From: Thermotogota bacterium | GTDB lineage: Bacteria > Bipolaricaulota > Bipolaricaulia > UBA7950 > UBA9294 | Direction: 5' to 3' | NCBI GenBank assembly: GCA_039679545.1 | Contig: JBDKUT010000108.1 | Location: forward strand, 1 to 44,385 | DNA length: 44,385 nt | Shown: positions 1 to 9,269 of the stretch, piece by piece | How positions within the stretch are numbered: the stretch's first letter is position 1 | Layout of the letters: every line of letters begins with the position of its first letter | Notes under the pieces: model-generated | The model's database searches: none | What the model saw: only the letters and a program-made list of their open reading frames with translations | Told to the model about the DNA's origin: nothing | Program-made: the position numbers and the translations under genes

Positions 1-412
1 CGGCCTGGAAGAGAGAGAACGCCTGCACCGCGCCGAGGTAGGTCGGCAGGTCGCAGACCACGACGTCTCCGGGGTCGAAGAACGCCTTGCAGAGGAGGTC
101 CAACCCCTGTTGAGACGCCGACGTCACCAAGAGCTCGTCCAGGGTCACGTCAATCCCCTGCGGCCGCAGCCACTCAATCATTGCCCGACGCAGGGTTCGG
201 CTTCCTTCTGTCGTTCCGTACTGCAGGACGTTTCGGTAATCGTTTCGCAAGAGATCCGCCGCGATGACGGCGAGCTCCTCGTGCGGGAAGCTCTCCGGCG
301 CGGGAAGACCGCCACCAAACGAGATGATGTCCGGTTGTTCGGTCAGCTTGAGAAGCTCTCGGATCGCGGATCGTCTTGCGCCTGCGGCACGACTCGAGAA
401 GTGTTGTTTCAT
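1..412 (-). CDS. PLP-dependent aminotransferase class I/II (2-aminoadipate transaminase-like), runs off the window edge
   Basis: Not in ORF track. Manual translation from ATG 412: MKQHFSSRAAGARRSAIRELLKLTEQPDIISFGGGLPAPESFP...LQYGTTEG...VTSASQQGLDLLCKAFFDPGDVVVCDLPTYLGA; AAGGAG upstream. Confidence 0.85.
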   Translation of the reverse strand, partial: MKQHFSSRAAGARRSAIRELLKLTEQPDIISFGGGLPAPESFPHEELAVIAADLLRNDYRNVLQYGTTEGSRTLRRAMIEWLRPQGIDVTLDELLVTSASQQGLDLLCKAFFDPGDVVVCDLPTYLGAVQAFSLFQA

Positions 413-452
413 CGAACGCTCCTTGGTCACGCTTTCGGTCCTAGACACTGAG

Positions 453-482
453 ATTCTACGGGACACCCTGAAGCGCTGTCAA
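453..482 (-). promoter_or_regulatory. sigma70-type promoter for the aminotransferase
   Basis: TTGACA(482-477)-N18-TAGAAT(458-453). Confidence 0.6.
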
Positions 483-1048
483 AGCAGAACCGAGCGGAGA
501 AGCGGCAGAAGCCCGGCGGCAATGGAGGTCCCGAGCGCGGCGCCGGCCAACACGTCGAAGAGGAAGTGCTCGCGGACGCAAACTCGGGACAGGGCAATTG
601 TTGCAGCCGTAGCGTAGACAAGGCCCTGAACGACGGGGTACGGGTAGCACGACGAGACGATCCAGGCAATCCCGAACGACGTCGTCGCGTGCCCCGACGG
701 GAAGGAGTACGTGTCGATCACCCGCGCCCGCGGGCCGTCGGTGATCAGGTCGGGGCGCTCGCGCGCGCAGAGAAGCTTCAGAAGCCGCAGCACGGCAATG
801 TTGACGACCGTGACGCAGAACGCGAAGAACACGTTCCAGCGGTCGACCCTTTGTCCGAAGAGGAGGAGTCCAAGGGCCAGCGCGCCCCACAGGTACCCGT
901 CACCGAGGTACGTCGCGGCACGGAAGAAGCGCGGAACCCGCTGGAACAGCCGAACGCCGCTGATCGCTTCCATCGCCCGGACGTCCCACGCGTGTGCAAG
1001 GTCGCCCAAGATCTCAAGACGGTCGACGAACCGATTCCAAGTGGTCAC
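479..1048 (-). CDS. PAP2-family membrane phosphatase
   Basis: KLLCARERP, SFPSGH and SRVCVREHFLFDV motifs; 4-nt overlap with lysS stop. Confidence 0.85.
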   Translation of the reverse strand: MTTWNRFVDRLEILGDLAHAWDVRAMEAISGVRLFQRVPRFFRAATYLGDGYLWGALALGLLLFGQRVDRWNVFFAFCVTVVNIAVLRLLKLLCARERPDLITDGPRARVIDTYSFPSGHATTSFGIAWIVSSCYPYPVVQGLVYATAATIALSRVCVREHFLFDVLAGAALGTSIAAGLLPLLRSVLL

Positions 1049-2514
1049 GCCTCGTCCTTCCTGCGAAGTGCGGGGAAGAGGATCACGTCACGGATCGACG
1101 CGGAGTCGAGGACGAGCATCGCGAGGCGATCGAGGCCGACGCCAATCCCTCCCGTGGGGGGCATCCCGTGCTCCAGGGCAAACAGGAAGTCCTCGTCGAT
1201 CCGCTGGGCCTCCTCGTCGCCGCTCGCCCGCAGTCGTTCCTGGTCCTCGAAGCGCGCTCGCTGGTCCACCGGGTCGTTCAGCTCGGAGAACGCATTCGCG
1301 ATTTCCATGTTCATCACGAACAGCTCGAACCGCTCGGCAAGGTGCGGCGCATCGACGCGGCGCTTGGCGAGCGGCGAGATCTCGACGGGATAGTCGGTCA
1401 CGAACGTCGGCTGGACGAGCGTCGGCTCGACGAACCGATCGAACAGGTGCTCGATGAGCTGCGAACGCGACAGGTTCGGAAGGCCGATCCCCTTGGCCTT
1501 CGCCGCGGTGATGATCTCCGCCGCCGTGAGTGTCCCGATCTCGAGACCCGAGGTCTCGGCGATCGCATCGAGCATCGCGACGCGGCGCCACGGGGGCGAG
1601 AAGTCAAGCCGCGTCCCCTGATAGTCGGCGACGAGCGATCCCACGGTCGTTCGGAACACGGCGGCGATAAGGGCCTCGACAAGTCGCATCATCCCTTCGT
1701 AGTCGGTATACGCCTGATACAGCTCGAGCATCGTGAACTCGGGGTTGTGCTTGGTCGACACGCCCTCGTTGCGGAAGCACTTGCCGATCTCGAACACGCG
1801 GTCGAGGCCGCCGATGAGGGCTCGCTTCAGGTAGAGCTCCAGCGCAATGCGGAGGTACAGGTCGAGGTCGAGCGCGTTGTGGTGCGTGACGAACGGCCGC
1901 GCCGTGGTGCCGCCCGGAATCGGGTGCAGGGACGGCGTTTCGACCTCGAGGAAGCCGAGCGCGGTGAGTTCGGAGCGCACCGTCGCCATCATCTTCGCGC
2001 GACGTACGAACCGCTCACGGGTCTCGTCGTTCGCGAGGAGGTCGAGCGAGCGGTGGCGGTAGCGGAGCTCGACGTCCTTCAATCCATGCCACTTCTCCGG
2101 CAACGGGCGGATCGCCTTCGCGAGGAACGTCCACGACTCCGCGGCGACCGTGAGCTCACCGCGCTTCGTTCGAAAGACCTCGCCGGCGACGTGGAGGAAG
2201 TCGCCGACGTCGACGTCGCCGAGCCGACCGTAGGTTTCCTCGCCGAGTCGATCGGCGGCGGCGTGGATCTGGATCTTCCCAGACCCGTCCCGAAGATCGA
2301 GGAACGATGCCTTCCCCATCTGGCGGCGGGCCATCAGTCGGCCGGCCACGGCAACCCGTTCGCCAGTGTGTTGCTCTGCGGCGAGCTTCTCGTGGCGTTG
2401 CACAACGTCGCTGATCCGTTCGGAGGCGGGAACTCTCGCCGGGAAGGGATCAACGCCCTCTTTCCTGAGCGCCTCGATCTTCTCGAGACGCGCGTGGACC
2501 AAGGGATCGGACAT
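1045..2514 (-). CDS. lysS: Lysyl-tRNA synthetase class II
   Basis: OB-fold AGRLM..R.MGKASF, LPEKWHGL, FRNEG..HNPEFTMLE, GMPPTGGIGVGLDRL. Confidence 0.98.
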   Translation of the reverse strand: MSDPLVHARLEKIEALRKEGVDPFPARVPASERISDVVQRHEKLAAEQHTGERVAVAGRLMARRQMGKASFLDLRDGSGKIQIHAAADRLGEETYGRLGDVDVGDFLHVAGEVFRTKRGELTVAAESWTFLAKAIRPLPEKWHGLKDVELRYRHRSLDLLANDETRERFVRRAKMMATVRSELTALGFLEVETPSLHPIPGGTTARPFVTHHNALDLDLYLRIALELYLKRALIGGLDRVFEIGKCFRNEGVSTKHNPEFTMLELYQAYTDYEGMMRLVEALIAAVFRTTVGSLVADYQGTRLDFSPPWRRVAMLDAIAETSGLEIGTLTAAEIITAAKAKGIGLPNLSRSQLIEHLFDRFVEPTLVQPTFVTDYPVEISPLAKRRVDAPHLAERFELFVMNMEIANAFSELNDPVDQRARFEDQERLRASGDEEAQRIDEDFLFALEHGMPPTGGIGVGLDRLAMLVLDSASIRDVILFPALRRKDEA

Positions 2515-2529
2515 GGTCTCTCCGGCTGC

Positions 2530-3009
2530 CTACTTGTTGATCGCGATGACGCGGAAGCGCGACGTGCCCCAAGGGAACTCGGCCTTCACCTGATCCCCTT
2601 CTCGCTTTCCGAGCAGGAGCCGCCCGACGGGGGACGCAACGGAGATCTTCCCCGTATCGAGGTCGACCTCGGCGGGGCTCACGAGGGTGAACGTGCCGCT
2701 TTCCTTCAGGGTGAGGTCCTGAAGAAGGAAGCTCGATCCGATGCCGATGACGTCCTTCGAAATGGCTTCGTCGGGAAGGACCTCGGCGACCTCAAGAATC
2801 GACTGCAGGCGCCGCACCTCACGCTCGTAGTACTCCTGCTGGCTCTGCAGGTACATGTACTCCTTGTTCTCGCGGAGGTCGCCGCCGTTCAGCTTCGACG
2901 TCTTCAACTTCTCCGGGATCTCCTCGTAGAGGGTCTTCTCGACCTTCTCGAGCTCCTGTCGCATGAGCTCGTACCCTTCCTTCGTGAGGTAGATCGTCTC
3001 TTGATTCAT
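2530..3009 (-). CDS. greA: Transcription elongation factor GreA
   Basis: YLTKEGY, acidic tip GDLRENKEY, ISVASPVGRLLLGKREGD. Confidence 0.9.
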   Translation of the reverse strand: MNQETIYLTKEGYELMRQELEKVEKTLYEEIPEKLKTSKLNGGDLRENKEYMYLQSQQEYYEREVRRLQSILEVAEVLPDEAISKDVIGIGSSFLLQDLTLKESGTFTLVSPAEVDLDTGKISVASPVGRLLLGKREGDQVKAEFPWGTSRFRVIAINK

Positions 3010-3021
3010 CGGCGTTCCTCC

Positions 3022-3372
3022 CTATCGTCCGATCGCTCGGCTCGCTCCTTCGATCAACAGCTCCGCGATCTCATCCACGGTCGCTTCACGGCAGTCCAGG
3101 CTCGGTCGCACGAGGATGTCCGCGCTCGGCAGCCGCTCCACGTTCGCGCGAAAGGCCTCGCGGATCCTCCGCTTGGCGCGGTTCCTCTCCACCGCCGTCC
3201 CGTACTTGCGCGAGATGACGATTCCAAGGCGAGGGCCTTCGGCCCTCGGAAGGACGTGAAGAGCAAAACACGCCCCGGACCACGTCGCGCCCTTTCGGAA
3301 GACCCGGAGGAAGTCCGTGCGTTTCTTGAGGCGCATCGCGACCGGGAAGCGGCTTCCGCTCCCGTCAAGCAT
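3022..3372 (-). CDS. rnpA: Ribonuclease P protein component
   Basis: RLKKRTDF, RLGIVISRKYGTAVERNRAKRRIRE (RNR motif). Confidence 0.93.
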   Translation of the reverse strand: MLDGSGSRFPVAMRLKKRTDFLRVFRKGATWSGACFALHVLPRAEGPRLGIVISRKYGTAVERNRAKRRIREAFRANVERLPSADILVRPSLDCREATVDEIAELLIEGASRAIGR

Positions 3373-3378
3373 GCCGGT

Positions 3379-3407
3379 ACTATAGTGTCAAGCCCGCTGG
3401 CTTTCAA
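3379..3407 (-). promoter_or_regulatory. sigma70-type promoter, rnpA probably leaderless
   Basis: TTGAAA-N17-TATAGT, 6 nt before ATG 3372. Confidence 0.65.
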
Positions 3408-3473
3408 GGTTAGCGACATCGTCGCTGAGGCCGGACACCAACACTCCGGCCCGGTACACTCTCGACGATTCGT

Positions 3474-4688
3474 ATGGCCGAAGAGTACGTCTACACCGTA
3501 TCGGAGCTGAACAGGACCGCCCGGGAGATCGTCGAGGGCGGCCTGGGAGGCGTCTGGGTAAAGGGAGAGGTCTCCGAGATCTCGCACGCCAGCTCGGGCC
3601 ACATGTACTTCACCCTGAAGGATCCGAGCGCCGAAGTGAGCGCCGTACGCTTCCGGGGCCGGTCGCCGATCCTCTCCGCCATCGAACCCGGTACCACGGT
3701 CCTCGCGTTCGGCAAGGTTACGATCTACGAGCCGCGAGGCCGGTACCAGTTTGTCGCCACCCTCGTTCAGCCTGTCGGCGCCGGCATCCTTCAGGCGGCA
3801 TTCGAGCGGCTCAAGCAGAAGCTCCAGGCCGAGGGGTTGTTCGACCCGGAGCACAAGAAGCCGATTCCCGCCTACCCGACGCGGATTGGTGTCGTAACGT
3901 CGCCGACCGGAGCGGCTCTCCACGACATCGTCTCGGTGTTGTCACGGCGGTGGCCAATATCCGAGGTTCTCCTCTTCCCGTCCTCCGTGCAGGGAGATGC
4001 GGCGGCCGAGGAGCTCGTCGCCGCCCTCGATCGCGCCATCCAGTTCTCGCAGACCAGCCAGCCGCTCGACCTCATTCTGATCGGACGAGGGGGAGGGGCC
4101 GCCGAGGACCTCGCGCCGTTCAACGACGAGCGCCTGGCCCGCGCCGTGTATGCGTCTCCGATCCCTGTCGTATCGGCGGTGGGCCACGAGATCGACTTCA
4201 CCATGGCGGACTTTGTCGCCGACCTCCGAGCGGCGACGCCGACGGCGGCGGCCGAGCTCGTGACCCCCGACGCTTCCGACGTCGCAGGACAAGCAGCACG
4301 ATGCGTCGACCGCGCAACCCGCGCGCTGTACGATCGCTTGGCGGAGTGCGAGTTGCGGCTCCAAGCCGGCCTCCGTCGCCCGCTGTTCCGGACTCCAAGC
4401 CGCCTCCTCGAGACGGCCGAGCAGCGACTCGATCTGCAGGTGGTAGCCCTGGGTCGCGCCCCCAGGCGAACGCTTGCACGGCCGCACGAGCGGCTGGCTC
4501 GGCTGGATGCGGTCCTTCGGCTGTCGAGCCCCACGCGGCCCCTCGAGCGCGGGTTCTCCATCACGTACGCCGACGGGACGTCGCGCCCGCTCCGAGATGC
4601 CCGTTCGGTTACCCCCGGAACGCACATCACGACCCGGCTTGCCAAGGGTCGACTCACGTCGTCGGTCGAGGAGGTGGACGAGGAGTGA
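3474..4688 (+). CDS. xseA: Exodeoxyribonuclease VII large subunit
   Basis: YTVSELN, WVKGEVS, SGHMYFTLKD, RGGG..EDL..FNDE, SAVGHEID. Confidence 0.96.
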   Translation: MAEEYVYTVSELNRTAREIVEGGLGGVWVKGEVSEISHASSGHMYFTLKDPSAEVSAVRFRGRSPILSAIEPGTTVLAFGKVTIYEPRGRYQFVATLVQPVGAGILQAAFERLKQKLQAEGLFDPEHKKPIPAYPTRIGVVTSPTGAALHDIVSVLSRRWPISEVLLFPSSVQGDAAAEELVAALDRAIQFSQTSQPLDLILIGRGGGAAEDLAPFNDERLARAVYASPIPVVSAVGHEIDFTMADFVADLRAATPTAAAELVTPDASDVAGQAARCVDRATRALYDRLAECELRLQAGLRRPLFRTPSRLLETAEQRLDLQVVALGRAPRRTLARPHERLARLDAVLRLSSPTRPLERGFSITYADGTSRPLRDARSVTPGTHITTRLAKGRLTSSVEEVDEE

Positions 4689-4900
4689 AGATCGAAGAAA
4701 CGCTGGAGAAACTCGAGGAGATTACCTCCGCGCTTGAACGCGAGGACATCCCGCTCGACGAAGCGATCGCCCTGTTCGAGCAGGGGCTCACCCTAGCGGC
4801 GTCCGCGAAGACGGCGCTCGACGAGGCGCGCCTCAAGGTCTCGAAAGTTGTTGAGAAGGCAAAAGGTGTGCTCGACCTCGAGCCTTTTGACGTTTCGTAG
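4685..4900 (+). CDS. xseB: Exodeoxyribonuclease VII small subunit
   Basis: GTG 4685 overlaps xseA stop; KIEETLEKLEEITSALE..DIPLDEAIALFEQG. Confidence 0.92.
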   Translation: MKIEETLEKLEEITSALEREDIPLDEAIALFEQGLTLAASAKTALDEARLKVSKVVEKAKGVLDLEPFDVS

Positions 4901-4914
4901 CGCTCTCCTATAAT
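4887..4914 (+). promoter_or_regulatory. sigma70-type promoter, trxB probably leaderless
   Basis: TTGACG-N16-TATAAT, 7 nt before ATG 4922, no SD. Confidence 0.65.
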
Positions 4915-4921
4915 CGCAGCC

Positions 4922-5869
4922 ATGACCGAGACGGTGGCTCGCCACGACGTGGTCATTGTGGGCGCCGGCCCGGCGGGGATGACGGCGGCGGTGTACGCGG
5001 GGCGCGCCCTCCGCTCGACGCTCGTCATCGAGAAGGGAATCCCGGGCGGACAACTCAACGAAACCGATCGCATCGAGAATTGGCCGGGCTTCGCAGAGCC
5101 GGTTTCGGCGCCGGACCTCATGGCGACGCTCCGAAGCCAGGCCGAGCGCCTCGGCGCGGAGTTCGTTCAGGATGAAGTGCTCCGGGTTGAACCCGGTCGA
5201 CGGATCCATCGCGTCGTGGCTTCGTGTCGCACAGTCGAAGCGAGGGCCGTCATTCTGGCTCCGGGGGCGCGGCCGCGTGAGCTTCCCGCCGAGGGGGCCG
5301 CGCGTCTCAAGGGAAGAGGCGTGTCCTACTGCGCGACGTGCGACGGGTTCTTCTTCCAGGGCAAGCGGGTCGTTGTGGTCGGAGCGGGAGACTCCGGACT
5401 GATGGAGGCGCTCTTTCTGACGCGTTTTGCAGACTCGGTTTCGATTGTCGTTCGTCACCCGAAGGAGGATCCGCGGGCGATCCGAGCCTCGAGGGTGCTG
5501 CGGCAGCGAGCCGAATCGCACCCGAAGATCCGCTTCCTGTGGAACCGGGAGGTCGCGGAGGTGGTGGGCGACCGAGGCGTAACCTCGATTCGACTTCGGC
5601 GCCTCGACGACCGAGGCGTCGAAGACGTCCCCGTCGACGGGATCTTCGTCAGCGTGGGGCACCTGCCGGAGACGGAGTTCCTTCGCGGCAGCGTTCCCCT
5701 CGATTCGGACGGGTACATCGCCACCGATTCCCGCCTGCGCACATCGATCCCGGGGATCTTCGCTGCGGGGGATGCACGAAGGGATGCCCACCGTTATGCC
5801 CAGGCCGTCATCGCGGCCGGGGAGGGCGCGACGGCGTCCCTCGAAGCCGAGCAGTACCTCGCCGAGTAG
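4922..5869 (+). CDS. trxB: Thioredoxin reductase
   Basis: GAGPAG, GVSYCATCDG redox CxxC, GIFAAGD. Confidence 0.93.
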   Translation: MTETVARHDVVIVGAGPAGMTAAVYAGRALRSTLVIEKGIPGGQLNETDRIENWPGFAEPVSAPDLMATLRSQAERLGAEFVQDEVLRVEPGRRIHRVVASCRTVEARAVILAPGARPRELPAEGAARLKGRGVSYCATCDGFFFQGKRVVVVGAGDSGLMEALFLTRFADSVSIVVRHPKEDPRAIRASRVLRQRAESHPKIRFLWNREVAEVVGDRGVTSIRLRRLDDRGVEDVPVDGIFVSVGHLPETEFLRGSVPLDSDGYIATDSRLRTSIPGIFAAGDARRDAHRYAQAVIAAGEGATASLEAEQYLAE

Positions 5870-5916
5870 TTCGGTCGGGCGCCGAGGCGTAGAGAGCCCA
5901 ACAGCAGCAAGGGAGG

Positions 5917-7557
5917 ATGAGGCCGATGTACCCAGCGGTGTCGAAGCTGTTCGAGGAGGCGGTGGAGGCCCACAAGGATCGGATCGCTCTGTGCATGCCG
6001 ATCCCCAAGGAGAGAAAAAGTGGACGAGGCGTTCAACTCGTCCTGAACGAGATTTCCTACAGCCGCCTGGGGGAGATGGTCGGCCGACTGGCTCGCGCCC
6101 TGTCCGAGTTGGGCGTCGTTGCGGGCGATCGAGTTGCCTTGATCTCCAAGCCCCGCGCGGCGTGGGCGACGAGCTTCTTCGCGATTCTCCACAGCGGGGC
6201 GACCGTCGTTCCGCTGGATCCCGAGTTGCAGAAGGGCGAAATCGAGCGAATCCTCGCCGAGGCGGGGGTCAAAGGCATTCTCTGCTCCGGCAGCAAGATC
6301 GACGACATCGCGGAACTCCAGCATGGCATCCTCAAGGGAACGTTCGTCATCTCCATGGATCGCACGAAGTACGACGACGTTCTTTTTCTTGACGCTCTCC
6401 TGCTCGGGAAGACCCCCCTGCCACGCGTGGACGTCGACTCGTCCAGCCTGGCGATCCTCATGTACACGTCCGGGACGACGGGAAACGCGAAAGGCGCGAT
6501 GCTGACGCACGCCAACATCTCCGCGAACGCGCTCGCCGCCCTGAAGGTCGTCGATCTCGGCCCGACCGACCGGTTCCTCTCCATCGTGCCGTGGAATCAC
6601 ATCTACGGCCTCACGATCACCCTCGTCACGCCGCTCTTTGCCGGGGCGACCACCACGTACACCCCCGTCGACCGAAACCTCGCCGAAGTCATGAAGAAGG
6701 CCCGCCCGACGATCATCCTCGGGGTACCGAAACTGTACAACGTGCTGTACGGCCGGGTGCGCGAGTCGATCGAGAAGAGCGCCCTCAAGCGACTGATCGA
6801 CCGCTCATCTCCAGCTCTCATGGGGACGCTGGTTCGAAACAAGCTGTTCGGCAAGCAGTTCCGGTTTTTCACCTCGGGCGGTGCCCCTCTCAACCCCACG
6901 GCGGCGGCCGGCTTCCGCCGCATGGGCCTCGGCACCATGGAGGGGTACGGCCTCACCGAAACCTCTCCGCTTCTCTCGATGGCTGAGGCGTTCCCTCCAG
7001 AGCCGGGCATGGTAGCCATCGAGGGAGTGGAGCTGCGCATCGACCGTCCCGACGAAAACGGCGTGGGGGAGATCCTCGCTCGTGGGCCGAACATCATGAA
7101 GGGGTACTACAAGAACCCCGAAGCCACCGCGGAGGTGCTCGAGCCGAATGGGTGGTTCCACACGGGAGACCTCGGGACATACGAGCACGGTCGCCTCTTG
7201 ATCTGCGGCCGGGCGAAGAACGTGATCGTTCTTGAGACGGGGAAGAACGTCTACCCGGAGGAGATCGAGTGGGAGTTCGCGACCATCCCCGCGATCGAGG
7301 AGATCATGGTCCACGAGGGCGAGCGACAAGGAGCTCCCGCCGTCTGCGCCAAGATCTACCCGAACTGGACGTACCTGAAAGCCCACGGCATCAGTACTCC
7401 AGACGCCGCCATTGAGCATCTCTGGGACGCGATTCGCGAGAAGAGTGAGAACCTCGCGATGTTTAAGCGCATCAAGTACAAGGAGTGCATCTCGCTCGTC
7501 GCCGAACCCTTCCAAAAGAGCGCCAAGCTCGATATCAAGCGCCACTTGCACCAGTAG
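5917..7557 (+). CDS. Long-chain fatty acid-CoA ligase (AMP-binding family)
   Basis: MYTSGTTGNAKG, EGYGLTETSP, FHTGDLG, GRAKNVIV. Confidence 0.88.
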   Translation: MRPMYPAVSKLFEEAVEAHKDRIALCMPIPKERKSGRGVQLVLNEISYSRLGEMVGRLARALSELGVVAGDRVALISKPRAAWATSFFAILHSGATVVPLDPELQKGEIERILAEAGVKGILCSGSKIDDIAELQHGILKGTFVISMDRTKYDDVLFLDALLLGKTPLPRVDVDSSSLAILMYTSGTTGNAKGAMLTHANISANALAALKVVDLGPTDRFLSIVPWNHIYGLTITLVTPLFAGATTTYTPVDRNLAEVMKKARPTIILGVPKLYNVLYGRVRESIEKSALKRLIDRSSPALMGTLVRNKLFGKQFRFFTSGGAPLNPTAAAGFRRMGLGTMEGYGLTETSPLLSMAEAFPPEPGMVAIEGVELRIDRPDENGVGEILARGPNIMKGYYKNPEATAEVLEPNGWFHTGDLGTYEHGRLLICGRAKNVIVLETGKNVYPEEIEWEFATIPAIEEIMVHEGERQGAPAVCAKIYPNWTYLKAHGISTPDAAIEHLWDAIREKSENLAMFKRIKYKECISLVAEPFQKSAKLDIKRHLHQ

Positions 7558-7579
7558 AGGGGCCCAACGCGAGGAATTG

Positions 7580-7615
7580 CAGGCAGCCCCTCGCTCTCGG
7601 AGGGGCTCTTGCCTG
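7580..7615 (+). terminator. GC-rich hairpin after the acyl-CoA ligase (terminator or operator)
   Basis: CAGGCAGCCCCTC...GAGGGGCTCTTGCCTG inverted repeat; no strong U-tract. Confidence 0.4.
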
Positions 7616-7637
7616 TCGTCCTGCAATAGACTATAAT
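7609..7637 (+). promoter_or_regulatory. sigma70-type promoter of the RHH gene
   Basis: TTGCCT-N17-TATAAT. Confidence 0.7.
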
Positions 7638-7658
7638 AGGTTGCGAGGGGTGACGGCG

Positions 7659-7829
7659 ATGGTTAAGCGAGACAACGCGATCTCCATCTATATCCCGAAA
7701 TCGAAAGCGGGGCAAAAACTGATGGATCGGCTCTCCAAGCTGGGGCGCAAACGGGACCGATCGGTGAACTACCTCATCGTGGAAGCGATCCTCCAGTACA
7801 TCGACAACCAGGAGAAGAAGAATCCCTAG
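7659..7829 (+). CDS. Small ribbon-helix-helix (CopG/Arc-like) protein, 56 aa
   Basis: MVKRDNAISIYIPK...LMDRLSKLGRKRDRSVNYLIVEAILQYID strand-helix-helix pattern; SD GAGGGGTG; own promoter. Confidence 0.7.
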   Translation: MVKRDNAISIYIPKSKAGQKLMDRLSKLGRKRDRSVNYLIVEAILQYIDNQEKKNP

Positions 7830-9187
7830 GACGCCCGGTGCGGCGGTGCCGTACCTTCGGAGGACGGAGACGGGGCGCCTTGTGTCAACGCGCGCAGCCG
7901 CTCAAGGCGTTCTTTCAAGCCGCGCTCGGCTCCCCGGTCGGTAGGACTGTAGTACCGCCGATCGGCCAGAGAGGCCGGGAGACACGACATAGGGGCCACG
8001 CCGTCCGCGAAATCGTGCGCGTAGAGGTACCCGTTCGAATACCCCAGGCCTTGCATCAGCGCTGTCGGGGCATTTCGCAGGTGAAGCGGGACCTCCTCGA
8101 CCGGGCGGTCCGTCACGTCGGCGCGGGCTGCCCCCAGGCCCACGTAGAGTGCGTTGCTCTTCGGCGCACACGCGAGGTACACAGCGGCCTGGGCAATCGC
8201 AAGTTCGCACTCCGGCAACCCCATCACCTCGACGGCCTTCCACGCGGCCACTGCCTGTTCGAGGCCTTGCGGATCGGCGAGGCCGACATCTTCTGACGCG
8301 GCGCGTAGGAGACGTCGGACGATGAAGCGTGGGTCCTCGCCTCCCTCCAGCATGCGCGCCAACCAGTAGAGGGCGGCGTCGGGATCTGAGTTGCGAATCG
8401 ACTTGTGGAGGGCAGAGATCAAGTTGTAGTGCTCGTCCCCGGCGCGATCGTAGCGGAACCCTTTGTGCTGCACGGCGCGCGACACCGTAGCCTCGTCGAT
8501 CGTCTCCCCGTCGGCGATCGACGCCGCAAGGTCGAGGGCCGTCAGGGCGCGGCGTGCGTCCCCGTCCGCCACGGCAAGCAGGAGCTGCCGCGCCGGCTCG
8601 TCAAGCCGGAACGCGCCGGCAAACCCTCGCTCATCGGCGAGCGCCCGGTCGACCAAGCGCGCGAGGTCGGCGTCCTCGAGCGGCTCGAAGGGGAAAAGCT
8701 GGCTGCGCGACAGCAGGGCCGAGGTGAGGGCGAACGAAGGATTCTCGGTCGTCGCCCCGACAAACATGACGCTTCCCTCCTCGATGTAGGAGAGGAGCAC
8801 GTCCTGCTGCGCCCGGTTGAAACGATGGATCTCGTCGAGGAAGAGGAGGTCACGTTTGCGCTCGGCCCGCCACCGGAACTGCGAGGCCTCAAGCACACCG
8901 CGCACTTCCTTCACGCCGGCGAGTGCGGCGGAGAGATGGACGAAGCGCGCTCCTGTGCGTTCGGCGAGGATGCGTCCCACCGTCGTCTTGCCGGTTCCCG
9001 GCGGTCCCCAAAAGAGGAACGACCGGCACATGCCTTTCTCGATCGCTGCTCGGAGAGGACCGTCCTTGCCGAGGAGGCGCTTTTGTCCGACCACTTCGTC
9101 GAGCGCCCGCGGCCGCATCCGATCCGCGAGAGGACTGTCCCCCCGCGGCTCATCCAACACCGCCTCCCACTCGAACAGACCGGCCAT
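7826..9187 (-). CDS. rarA: Replication-associated recombination protein A (RarA/MgsA AAA+ ATPase)
   Basis: PLADRMRP, WGPPGTGKTT, DEIHRFN, ISALHKSIRNSDPDAALYW; start ATG 9187 with promoter TTGGAG-N17-TACGAT 6 nt upstream. Confidence 0.95.
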   Translation of the reverse strand: MAGLFEWEAVLDEPRGDSPLADRMRPRALDEVVGQKRLLGKDGPLRAAIEKGMCRSFLFWGPPGTGKTTVGRILAERTGARFVHLSAALAGVKEVRGVLEASQFRWRAERKRDLLFLDEIHRFNRAQQDVLLSYIEEGSVMFVGATTENPSFALTSALLSRSQLFPFEPLEDADLARLVDRALADERGFAGAFRLDEPARQLLLAVADGDARRALTALDLAASIADGETIDEATVSRAVQHKGFRYDRAGDEHYNLISALHKSIRNSDPDAALYWLARMLEGGEDPRFIVRRLLRAASEDVGLADPQGLEQAVAAWKAVEVMGLPECELAIAQAAVYLACAPKSNALYVGLGAARADVTDRPVEEVPLHLRNAPTALMQGLGYSNGYLYAHDFADGVAPMSCLPASLADRRYYSPTDRGAERGLKERLERLRALTQGAPSPSSEGTAPPHRAS

Positions 9188-9269
9188 GCGATGATCGTAG
9201 TCGAGCGGCGGGGGTTCTCCAACAGCGAACGACGGGATCTGCGCACCGGCCGCAGGCCGTGGGCGCCCG

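Noticed and set aside
994..3510. 838-aa plus-strand ORF and other long shadow ORFs (for example 25725-27191, 27271-29079, 34941-36308, 35948-37957)
   Set aside because: Antisense to clear housekeeping genes; expected in high-GC DNA; no recognisable motifs
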